This document shows, piece by piece, positions 1 to 11,130 of a stretch of DNA of 64,000 bases. The notes beneath the pieces were generated by a model. That model ran no database searches, was not told where the DNA came from, and was given only the letters and a program-made list of their open reading frames with translations. The stretch lies in contig NC_058368.1 of NCBI RefSeq assembly GCF_018350175.1, positions 201,936,001 to 202,000,000 of the forward strand. The letters run 5' to 3'. The position numbers were made by a program, and so were the translations under genes. This stretch comes from Felis catus (Eukaryota). Position 1 is the stretch's first letter; the number at the start of each line of letters is the position of its first letter.

Positions 1-183
1 GATTTAAATATTTCTAGCTCAGTGTTTTAAGACTCAATATTAGTTTACCCTACTGCTAATCTTGACTTAAGCTATGTTCTTGTGTTGTCTTATGCTCTTA
101 TAATTGATTCAGTGATTTAGTAATAGCCTTAAGTTCTCAACAACTTAGGCGATGTGTTAGTCTTGCTATCTCTCTCTGTCTCT

Positions 184-399
184 TTTTTTTAATGTTTATT
201 TCCTTTTGAGAGAGAGGGAGAGAGACAGAGTGCAAGCAGGGGAGGAGCACAGAGAGAGATGGAGACACAGAATCTGAAGCAGACTCCGGGCTCTGAGCTG
301 TCAGCACACAGCCCAACGCGGGGCTTGAACTCACAAGCCATGAGATCATGTCCTGAGCCAAAGTCGGACACTCAACTGACCGAGCCACCCAGGCACCCC
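184..399 (-). mobile_element. CAN-SINE (SINEC_Fc-like)
   Basis: tRNA-derived head, CT tract and A tail on the minus strand; TSD gtcttgctatctct at 160-173 and 402-415. Confidence 0.95.
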
Positions 400-759
400 T
401 CGTCTTGCTATCTCTGGGCCATTTTCCCTCAATAGTCTTGCACTGCACCCCTGACTGCCCTTCCTCTATTTACTGACACAATTCTCCAAGCTGATTTGTC
501 CATTCATTCAAATACCTAGTTTTAGGACCAGCACTGGCAGCTTGTCTGGGCTCACACTGGTTTTTTGGTTGTTACCATCTTCAGATCCTGAAAACATCAT
601 CCAGACTGTACATCACCTCCAGCCAGGCCTGCTTCCCCACGGCCTACCTTGCAAGAGCAGATTTCCTTTCAAGTTCCATCTTCTCTCATCTGTTCCAATT
701 CATGATAGTTAGAGATGCCATGCACTAATATATGACAAATGGTAATTTAGCAGAAAAAA

Positions 760-1000
760 ATGTTATTTCAGGATGAGTTCAAGGAAAGCTTTTTGGTGGA
801 GAGTCAGCTAAGAGCAGTTCTGATGATGGATAGTCCCGAGAGCATATGGATGGTGGAATGATGAGGTGGAAAATGAAGTAGATGCGTATGGACTTTCCAC
901 GTAGAAACCGTGTGAGCAAAAACACAAAGATGGGAAATGAGATGACTTTGACAAGGCCAGGCAGACAACTGAGATTATTTGGACCATCAGCGTTGGAAGA
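760..1000 (-). mobile_element. Degraded L2 fragment (approximate)
   Basis: Purine-rich, L2-like wording (gtgtgagcaaaaacacaaagatgggaaat); heavily diverged. Confidence 0.4.
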
Positions 1001-2504
1001 AGCTGGGCCTATGGGAATCAGTGGTCAATGTATCGAGCACGAGCACTGTTGGTAAACGTGACACAGGCTGGGTGACTTCTGTAGAGGGTGATCATTCCAC
1101 AGGGGGAGAGGCTTTTTGGTTATAAACATGCTTGAAGTTCACTGAACGTTAAGGGCACCTTTCAGTTAAAACCTTACTGAAATTAAAAAAAAAAAAAAAA
1201 CACCTTATTGAAAGTATGTTGACCTTTGATGACCCTCAGAGAGCACCAGCTAGATTGATGGTACCAGAATGTGAGAGGGCACTAGAGCAAATCTGTGCAC
1301 GAATCCCTGCCATGTCATTTATCTATGGCTTCAGCTATATCCAGTGATTTGTTTGTTTTGACTGTGGTCAAAACTCCAGGTACAACACTATTGAAACAAT
1401 AAATCCAGTTATAATAAATGACAGAGGGCATTCAAGCAGAGGCAAGAAGCAAAATCTTCTAAAAGTGTAAAGGTAAACCATATTAGGTCTTGCCCTTCCA
1501 ACAAACTTCTCCAATATTTTCATGCCATAGCCCTGTCTGACTTCCTTCCAGGTGGATAGGACTCTTCGATTTGCTGATTTCCTCAATGGTGATTACCTGA
1601 TTCTCTATTTTCCAAGTTAATGCATCCTGTTCATTGAGAAATGGCATTTTTAGACTACTACTAATATTTACATATAAAAAAGCTGGGTTTTTATCAAATA
1701 AAAGATTAAAATCAGGGAATGATAAACAAAAGATTAAAATCAGGGAATGGTAAACAACAGACAAATTAGAGTTTCTCTACCTGGAGATTAGTTACATACA
1801 GTATTAGAGAGGGCTGAAAGATAACAACCATCTCACAAAAGAATATAAAAATAGTTGGTGACTAGGAATCGTAAGACTACTAACTAATTCAGGGTTTTGG
1901 CTGTTTTTATCCTCACCTGAAAACAGTCTTTAAAAAAAAAAAAGTATTTTGATTTACATCGCAGGAAAAAAGATTAGAGAAAAACATTAGAGAAAGCTGA
2001 TGGCAGTCATTTCGAGTTTCAATTTCTATTTTCTTAACCATCCTTTTTGTAAACAACTTTTTAATGTCTTTGTAAAAGCATTTTTAATCCTATAGGTTTA
2101 ACTATTGTATCTAGGAAATAGCCATTTCCACTGGGGAAGGATTAGGGTCTCATAAATGAGAATCAATATTTCATTTGAATAATGTTTCCAAAAAAATCCC
2201 AACTGTCAAAATAAAGGAGAGATTAAAGCCATGATAATAACTTAGAAGACAGAGTGAGGCAGATGTGTGAACTAAGGGAAATGACTCAACACATTCAACA
2301 ACATAAAATCGTGGCCTCAATTCATTCTGACAGCTGTTGTGCTACCTGCCTGCTGCCCAAGTCAAGTCAGTACATAAACAAAAGATACGAGGGGGACCAG
2401 GAGGATGCAAGGCCAAGTGCTTCCTGTGCTATATCTTGGTCTCCATACTAGCTTATCTGTCACACTGCACTATGCAAGTTTTATTACTAAGGTTGATCTA
2501 CTTT

Positions 2505-2720
2505 TAAGAAGCTGTGTGGTTCCAATGAAAAGAGCATTGAACTCTCAGCCAGAGACTTGAGTTCAAGCTCATTCAGGCTTTGTCACCAGCTTGTTAGGTG
2601 ATTTTGAACAAATGGCTTAATTTCTCTCTTTCTTAACCACTTTCTTTGTAAAGTTCCCTGCTTCCCTTAAAGGGCTGTATTGAGGGTCAATATGCAGCAA
2701 GGTGAAGACAACGTGGTCTC
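2505..2720 (+). mobile_element. MIR SINE
   Basis: MIR core-like text (aagagcattgaactc...gacttgagttcaagctc...gtgattttgaacaaatggcttaatttctct). Confidence 0.7.
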
Positions 2721-3622
2721 AATGATAAACTGTCTATCAGCAACTGGTTAATTTCTTAAATGGGTGGAACAAATTCTGGAGATAGTTGGGCTGCGTGAGA
2801 AATTGTGCAAAGTGGGTATGCCACGAAAGTCCCATCAAGATCTTTCCTTTCTTCATTGATCTGCACATGCTAAGTGCCTCCGTACAAGGTGCTCCTTAGC
2901 AGGTGCCCGGGTGAAAACTGCTGTTCCTGCCTGTGTTGACTGGGGAGCAGAATGAAAGAGGTTTCTTTTCCTCCCATCCTTTTGGATGTATGCTATAGGC
3001 AAAAAACAAAAACAAAAAGCACTACCTGTTTGGAAGAAAAGGACGTAACTAACTTCTAGAAAAAAGAATCACGTGTCGGCTAGAATGGGGCACCCCAGAG
3101 AAGGAAAAAAGAGATAACAAACAAACAAAAGAGATCAACCTGTGAAAAGGTTTAGAAAACCTTAGTGCTACAGAAAGGCTACATCTAAGAATATCTTTCT
3201 CAGTTGCTTTGCTTTTGCTGTTGAAGTGAGCCTACTTCATCTGGATTGTTGTCTGAGTTCTCTTCAGGAGGTTCTTGGTGGGCTTGTTTGGGAGGAAGCA
3301 AACCCTTCTTTTATTCATCTATCTCTCCTCCACCACAAGTGATGTTTATTAAGATAAGATCTAAAAGGACATATATTATGCACATTTTTAATGCTTCTAG
3401 ATAGGACTAAAGGCAAATATTACTACAATGATGGAGCACATAACAAAATTTGTTCTCCAGACAGTGAGAAAGTATTTGAGAAAACACAGTGCAGGATTCT
3501 GTGCTCTTACCCAAGGGCCCAGAACAGACATGTGAAGTCACGGGGCAGAAACATCCCAAGGTTGTGGCTGCTGTCATTAGAAATAGGTGGTCAGAAGTGC
3601 CTTTTAAACTACAGGCAAATGA

Positions 3623-3837
3623 GGGGCACCTGGGTGGCGCAGTCGGTTAAGCGTCCGACTTCAGCTCAGGTCACGATCTCGCAGTCCGGGAGTTCGAGCC
3701 CCGCGTCGGGCTCTGGGCTGATGGCTCAGAGCCTGGAGCCTGTTTCGGATTCTGTGTCTCCCTCTCTCTCTGCCCCTCCCCCATTCATGCTCTCTCTCTG
3801 TCTCAAAAATAAATAAAAAAGTTAAAAAAAAATTTTT
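3623..3837 (+). mobile_element. Young SINEC_Fc
   Basis: CpG-rich, near-consensus body; perfect 17-bp TSD aaactacaggcaaatga at a TT/AAA site. Confidence 0.97.
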
Positions 3838-5533
3838 AAACTACAGGCAAATGAAAAGATAGATGTGAAAGCCCATCGCAAGGACAAAAGTATTATGCAA
3901 ATATAAAATATGACTGTTCAAACGGATGATGAATTGAGGTGTCATGAGAAGAATTCCAGTACTGGACCAGAAATCAGGAAGCATGAGCTTCTGGTTTCTC
4001 ATCATTAAAATGAAGGAGTTGGATTTACAATCCCCCAGGGTCCCTTTGTGGCCTCTATGGGTTCTAAGTAACTGGTCATAACAAAATTGAGAGGGACATA
4101 ATCAGGCCAGTCTGAAGCCAATAAATAAAATGGGAGTCTAAAGAAATAAATTGACTACTTCCGCTGCAACAGCTGTTAAAAGGCCACGTGAAACTATGTA
4201 GCAGAGTGAGTCAAGGCTCCAGAAATGAAACAGAAAACAAAGAAGGTGGGTTTCTGGTGATAGAGGTGACATGAAGAAAGACAGCACGGCTGCAAATGAA
4301 ACAGTATGCACAGAGCAAACAGCAACCAAACAATAGGCCGTTTTTAGTAAAGAAGTTTTGTCTAATGCCAACAGTAGAAAGGCAGAGAGAGAAAAGAAGT
4401 ATATGGATGGATAATTCAATAGAGGAAAAGGGTCCAACAAATAAGACTAACATTCCCCATGGAATGAACCATGAGTCCTGGAAGAATGAGGATCATAGGA
4501 GCCAGGCAATCACAATAGGGCCCGACACAAATGGAAGAAGCAGAACGAGAGAAATTGAACAGAGTGGAAATGGCTACTATTGTTGTTATGATTAATTATT
4601 ATTATTACCTCAGTATTTCCCATGCTCCAAAATATCTTACATCTATTTACCTCTTGAGAACGTGGTGCTTTATATTGAGAGGAGAACATGAGAATTTCTA
4701 ACGGGCATACTCTTAACAGAAATATGAAGAGTTACCCAAGGATAATTACCCTGCACACAGCAATTATTCAAAGGAGATTTAAGTTGCATCCTGGGAAAAG
4801 AGAATAGAACCAGAAGTAAGTAAAACAACTTCTGAAGCCAAATAATAGCGGACAACATGCTGGAATATAAAATGAAAGTCCACGTGCTTGTATATGTGTG
4901 CTAACAGTCTGGATTGTAATAACAAAAAAGGAAAGACAAAAAAAGAAAAGGAAAAGCAAGAGGCAAGTTGATAACAAATTATAGTACATTTGTATAACAC
5001 TGTGATGGTTATACTGTATTTTCAGAAATGTGATCTCAATTGAACTTTAAAACTCCCTTGTGATGGAAGATGGCACCTTTCCTGAAAATGTCAAAATTCA
5101 TTTCTCAAAACTTGAAAAATTGGCAGCACGTAAAGGATGAACAAATTGCATTAGAAATAGGAATACATTTAAAGTGTAAGACATACTTTTTAAATATTTT
5201 AAACTTTTCTTGTGCAACTAACACATCATTGTAGTAAAAAATTAGAAAATATTGAGAAGGAAAGATTAGTCATCTATAAACTCATCACCTTTTTATGGAA
5301 ATTTTCAACATTTAAAAAATAGAGAGCATTAACATATCTCCTTGTTCCCATCATCGATGTGCAACAATCATCAACATTCTGTCAATCTTGCCATCTATGG
5401 CCGCCCCCTCAGCTCAACACACAGTTTTGACAAGTGATACTGGAATATTTTAAATCAAATTTCACCCATCATAACATTTTACCAGAAAATACTTCGGTGC
5501 ACATCTCTCACAGATAGGTTTTAAAAAAATACA

Positions 5534-6430
5534 GTGAGATATCATCTCACACCTGTCAGAATGGCTAAAATCAACAACACAAGAAACAACAATTGTTGGC
5601 AAGGATGTAGAGAAAAGGAACACTTATGCCCTACTGGTGGGAATGCAAACTGGTGCGGCCACTCTGGAAAACAATATGGAGGTTCCTCAAAAAGTTAAAA
5701 ATAGAACTATCCTATGATCCAGCAATGGCACTACAGTAGGATATTTACCCAAAGAATACAAAAAAAAAAAACCCAATTTCAAAGGGATACATGAACCCCT
5801 TATTTTATAGCAGCATTATTTACAATAGCCAAATTATGGAAGCAGCCAAATTATGGAAGATTTTAAAGTGTCTATTGATTGATGAATGGATAAAGGAGAT
5901 GTGATATATATGCATATATGTGTATGTATATACATGTATGTGTGTCTGTATATATATACACACACACACATATATGTGATGGAATATTATTCAGCCATAA
6001 AAAAGAATGAAATGTTGCTATTTGCAATGACATGGATGGAGCTAGGGAGCATAATGCCAAGCAAAATAGTCAGAGAAAGACAAACACCATATGATTTCAC
6101 TCATATGTGGAATTTAAGAAACAAACAAATGAGCAAAGGGGAAAATAGAGAGAGCGACAAATCAGACTCTTAATTACAGAGACTCTAGAAACAGACTCTT
6201 AATTATAGAGAACAAACTGATGGTTACCAGAGGGAAGGTGGCGGGGGGAGGGGAGGGGTGGGTTAAATAGGTGATGGGGATTAAGGACATTGCTGGTTGT
6301 GATGAGGACCTGGTGATGTATGGAAGTGTTGAGTCACTATACAGTACACCTGAAACTAATATAACACTGTATATTAACAAACTAGAATTAAAATAAAAAC
6401 TTAAAATTAAAAAACAATAAAATAAAATTT
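5534..6430 (+). mobile_element. 5'-truncated carnivore L1 (ORF2 C-terminus, 3'UTR, A tail)
   Basis: agatatcatctcacacctgtcagaatggc; MEYYSAIKKNE motif; G-rich 3'UTR; TSD aaaaataca at 5525-5533 and 6431-6439. Confidence 0.93.
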
Positions 6431-6485
6431 AAAAATACAACCACAATGCCATTATCACACATAGCAATGTTAATAATTATTTCTT

Positions 6486-6706
6486 GGGGCGCCTGGGTGG
6501 CGCAGTCGGTTAAGCGTCCGACTTCAGCCAGGTCACGATCTCGCGGTCCGTGAGTTCGAGCCCCGTGTCAGGCTCTGGGCTCATGGCTCGGAGCCTGGAG
6601 CCTGTTTCCGATTCTGTGTCTCCCTCTCTCTCTGCCCCTCCCCAGTTCATGCTCTGTCTCTCTCTGACCCAAAAATAAATAAACGTTGAAAAAAAAATTT
6701 TAAAAA
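6486..6706 (+). mobile_element. Young SINEC_Fc
   Basis: Near-consensus with CpGs intact; perfect 14-bp TSD aataattatttctt. Confidence 0.97.
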
Positions 6707-6815
6707 AATAATTATTTCTTAATATGATTTCCCTGATTTTCTCAAAAATGTATTTTAATAGTTACTGTTTTTTTACAAATGGGGATACCTATGAGGATTT
6801 TGTGACAAACCCAAA

Positions 6816-6983
6816 TTTTTTTATATATATTTTAGAGAGAGATCAAGAGAGAGAGAGAAAGAGAATCTTAAGCACACTCTGCATGGAACCCAATGCAGTG
6901 CTCGAATCACACAATGCTAGGATCATGACCTGAGCGGAAATCAAGAATCAGACATTCAACCAACTAAGCCACCCAGGCACCCC
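6816..6983 (-). mobile_element. Older CAN-SINE
   Basis: Head at 6983; diverged TSD tgtga(c)aaacc(c)aaattttt. Confidence 0.9.
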
Positions 6984-8584
6984 TGTGAAAACCAAATTTT
7001 TAAGTCTATAATCGATTATTTCTCCCTCCACCAATTTTTATGACATTTATTGTTGAAGAAATTAGGTTCATTCTTCTGAACAATTTCCCATATTCTGACT
7101 TTGGTTAATTACTTCCTTGTGATGTCACTTGACTTATCTGTTCTTCTTTCTTTCACATGTTTTGCAAACTGGTATTTAAATGTAGATCTTGGTGTATAAA
7201 TTTATTATATATACACACTATTTTTATAAAAATAAGAGGTACTCACCCTAACTTTTTGTAACTTACTTTTACATCTCACCTATCATATATATAAAGGACA
7301 GATAACAACAGAGAAGAAACTATTGATACTTGTTAACCTTAATAATTTTGAAGAATAATAAAATAATTTAAAATATGATAAAAACTTTAAGAGAAAAACC
7401 TAAGTGAAAGATTTCTTTTTCAAAAGTATAGAATGCAATTGAACGACATTAGACATAGAGAAAAATAAAAGGGAGAGAATGAAAATCAAAGAGTAATGTA
7501 GTTTACATGGAAAAAAAGGAAATCTAAGGACGGAAAAAGGAAACATTGAAACTAGAAAGTGTTATAGACATGAGAGCCCTGTGGTAAGATTGTTCTTCTA
7601 AAGCCTTTCACAGTTATTTCTCACATATTTAAATCCGTAGTTTTGTGAATTAAACTTGTGGTAGAACTACAGAAGGCAGGTACATGAACTCCAGCTCTCC
7701 AGCTGTTCAGTTTCTCTAAGCTATCCTGGTTTCTGACATTTTTATGATGAGATATTCCAATCTTTCCTGAAATTATCACAGATGCCTGAGTAACATTTCA
7801 AAAAAAATTGTTTTATTCTCCCTTCATGATGAATGAAGTTGTATATCCTTTGCTTTCCTGTCTCTGAAACTTTTCTACCATAGATTAATCTCGGTAAAAG
7901 GGATTTACAACTCAGATTTATAAATGTTCATTGGGGGGCAAGACAGTGGTTGTGTTCTAATGGTTTAGAGAGAGGCTCTTCTGTCAAAAAGAACTCAAAG
8001 TAACAGATCCACTATAAATCTAATTTATTTCCTAATGTCTATCACTTAGCATGTCTGATGCCAATATGTCATTCTGGCCTTTTCCCCTAGGGCTGCCCTC
8101 ATTGTCACTCATTTCCTTGCCATTGGATGTCTTGGCCTTGTCTGCCATGTAGACTATTAAGCTACATCATGCAGAAGTCACCCTCACTTATATGTCACCA
8201 TTCAGCATTCAAGGACTGGAATGAGTTGACATAGACGTGGCTGCTACAGCCTTTTTCTTTAATTTGAGAGTTGCATAGGACTGCCTTGGGAAAGGTTTGC
8301 TGACATCCTTACTGTAAAATAGGAAGCAAAAGATATACCACTCCATTAATCTCACTCCAACCTCCATTGAGCAGTCTCTTACTCTGGGAGGAAACAGGAG
8401 TTCATTGGAAGGCACATTTGGTAACACTGGAGTCACTGTGGAGATCCTACTAGAATCTCTTCTTATTCTAATGCCTTAGTTGACATATTCTCTACTTAGT
8501 TGACATATTCTCTTCCTTCTTGTTATTTCCAGTCTTAGACTAGAACCAAAGATTCTTAACTAAGATAGCATTCAAAAGAAGGGG

Positions 8585-8795
8585 GGGGCGCCTGGGTGGC
8601 TCAGTCGGTTGAGCTCCCAACTTTGGCTCAGGTCTTGATCTGGCAGTTCGTGAGTTCCACCCCCGCCTCCGGCTCTGTGCTGACAGCTCAGAGCCTGGAG
8701 CTTGCTTCAGATTCTGTGTCTCCCTCTCTCTCTGCTCCTCCCTTGCTCACGCTCTGTCTCTCTCTCAAAAATAAATAAAGGTTAAAAAGAATTAA
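8585..8795 (+). mobile_element. CAN-SINE (SINEC_Fc-like)
   Basis: ggggcgcctgggtggctcagtcgg head, CT tract, aaataaata tail. Confidence 0.95.
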
Positions 8796-8889
8796 AAGAC
8801 AAAACGAAACGAAACACTTTTGCAATAATCCATTACATCCAGAAATAGGTGTCAGTGTTATATATCATCTTCCCTGACGTCGTCCGGGT

Positions 8890-9270
8890 TATCAGTTGGA
8901 GGTCTTTGGTTGAAAACATTAGAAAATGCCTCTGGTAAAAATAAATAAAGGTATTTAAAAGGATATTGCTTAGCTTACACAATAGAAGGAAAAACAGGAT
9001 AACCAAGCCTCAGAAAAAAATAGAACTACGACAGCTTTTGGCATCTCAGTTGGAAACTGAGGTTTTTTTGAGTGCCAGTAACTCAACTTCAAGAATGCCA
9101 TGGTATTCTATTCAAGATTCAGATTCCCAGGAGAAACAGAATCTTGCTTTATTTACTCCTGTTAGTTCAGAAGGGGTGGGCCACTGTGGTTTACATAGCA
9201 GTGTGCTATTCCAAAAAGGAAGAGGAAGGGCTACTGAGAAGACGGTACCCTACTCATTGCATCCATGACT
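8890..9270 (-). mobile_element. Degraded MLT1-type (MaLR) LTR (approximate)
   Basis: Begins with ttatcagttggaggtctttggttgaaaac, resembling old MLT1 3' ends in reverse. Confidence 0.4.
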
Positions 9271-9829
9271 TGGGAATCTGTAGAGAAAGAAATTGAGGAC
9301 GATGGGGCAAAGTTATTAGCTATAGGTACTGTTTATGGATTCCAAGTTTAGAAACAGCTTAAATGTGAGAGATGTTAAGATGTGAAAGTGAGAATATGTA
9401 CATTACACGTGACTCTTGTCATAGTAAATATAGAGAGACACGATAATCAAAGGACAAGAAGGGGCCAATATTTCATGTATATCACATAAAAACCCACTGG
9501 AGAAGATTCCAACAAAAAGTTTCTTAAAAAATGAATGAAGAAAACTCTTGTATAAGCCTTTGAAAATGGTACTTCAAGAAATTAATGCATAAAAATAAAT
9601 GAAGTAAACCAGAGAGATGAAATATGAAGCATAAAATGTTTCATTAAAAGCCAGATCAATAAAACTAGGTTAGAAATTTAATTAAATTTAATGAAGTAGA
9701 AGAGAATTCCTAGATCATTTGTTGCTGAGAGAGGACAGCCTCATTTGTTTTTTTCAACTTTAATATCTTTTTCTACCCCAAATTTGACATTATTATTTAA
9801 CATTGTTCAGATCAATGTAAGAAGACATG

Positions 9830-10345
9830 TGTATTAGTTTCCTATTGCTTCAGTAACAAATGATCACAAACTTAGTAGCATAAAGCATATAAATGTATTA
9901 TCTTACAGTTCCATAGATCAGAAGCCTGATGGATCTTTCTGTGTAAAATCAAGGTGTTGTGAAGGCTGCAGTCCTTTCTGGAGGCTCCAGGGCAGAAGGC
10001 TTTTCCAGCTTTTAGAGGCCACCCTCACACTTAGGCTCAGGGCTCCCTTCCTCCTTCTCCACAAACAGCAATGGCTGGTGGAATCCTTTGAATGACTCAT
10101 CTCTTTGACCTACTGTCACCACATCCTTCTCAGACTGAAGCTGAGAAAGATTTTTTTTTTTTCCTTTAAGGACTCATGATTAGATTGGGGCCATCAGGAT
10201 AATTTCCTTATTTTAAGGTCAGCTGATTAGGAACCTTAATTCCATCTGTAACCTTAATCTCCTTTTGCCACGTACATAACATATTCACAGGTTCCAGTGA
10301 TTAGGACATAGACATCTTTGGAAGGCCATTATTCTGCTCACCACA
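9830..10345 (-). mobile_element. MLT1D-like solo LTR (ERVL-MaLR)
   Basis: TG...CA termini; minus-strand 5' end tgtggtgagcagaataatggcc; intact 5-bp TSD acatg at 9825-9829 and 10346-10350. Confidence 0.9.
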
Positions 10346-10665
10346 ACATGACATAGGAATAGAAAATAGAATTTTTTAAGAAGCTGGGATATAATTATTA
10401 ATCTTTTTAGATAATAATATGATCAGCTAGAAAGCTTAAGAAAATTTGTAAATACTAATGAAATTAATAACTGAATAAAATGGTCAAACACGAATTTAAT
10501 ACAAATGTGAAAATATATATAAATTTAAACACTGAATAATGTTGATACTTTGGCCGAGTAGGAGCATGAGGAGTATGACCATATATTTTTTGTACTTTCC
10601 AACTTCTATCATGTACATTATCTTTATTAGAGAAAAAGAATAAATTTTGTATTTAAAATAGCAAA

Positions 10666-10790
10666 GGGCACCTGGGTGGCTCAGTCCGTTAAGCATCCAA
10701 CTTGGACTCAGGTCATGATCTCATGGGTTCTGTGCTGACACTCAGAGCCTGGAACCTGTTTCAGATTCTGTGTCTCCCTCTCTCACTCTG
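10666..10790 (+). mobile_element. CAN-SINE, internally deleted and tail-less
   Basis: Head at 10666; ends in the CT tract where it fuses to an antisense SINE. Confidence 0.9.
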
Positions 10791-10924
10791 AAGCAGGCTC
10801 CGGAGACAGCTCAAAGCTCCTGCTGATAGCTCAGAGCCTGATGCTGGGCTTGAACTTACCATCTGCAAGATCATGACCTGAGCCTAAGTCAGAAGCTTAA
10901 CTGACGGAGCCACCCAGACACCCC
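10787..10924 (-). mobile_element. CAN-SINE lacking its 3' part
   Basis: Minus-strand head at 10924; no CT tract or tail. Confidence 0.88.
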
Positions 10925-10934
10925 TAAAAAAATT

Positions 10935-11130
10935 CTTTTTTGATATTTATTTATTTTTGAGGGGTAGGGGAGGGGCACAGAAAGAGGGAGACACAGAATC
11001 TGCAGCAGGCTCCAGGCTCTGAGTTGTCAGCACGGAGCCTGATGCGGGACTTGAACTACTCACAGACTGCAGTATCATGACCTGAGCTGAGGTCCAATAC
11101 TTAAATGACTGAGGTACCCAGGTGTTCCCC
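10935..11130 (-). mobile_element. CAN-SINE
   Basis: Full head-to-tail SINE on the minus strand. Confidence 0.92.

Larger units (their letters stand above)
5290..7200 (-). mobile_element. Ancient L1M (L1MC/ME-like) 3' region, interrupted by a younger L1 and two SINEs
   Basis: Degraded 3'UTR-like text at 5290-5520 that resumes at about 6440 after the younger insertion. Confidence 0.55.

Noticed and set aside
137..448. ORFs with GAWVAQSV/TAQSLEP/DSVSPSLS peptides here and throughout the window
   Set aside because: Translations of CAN-SINEs, not genes
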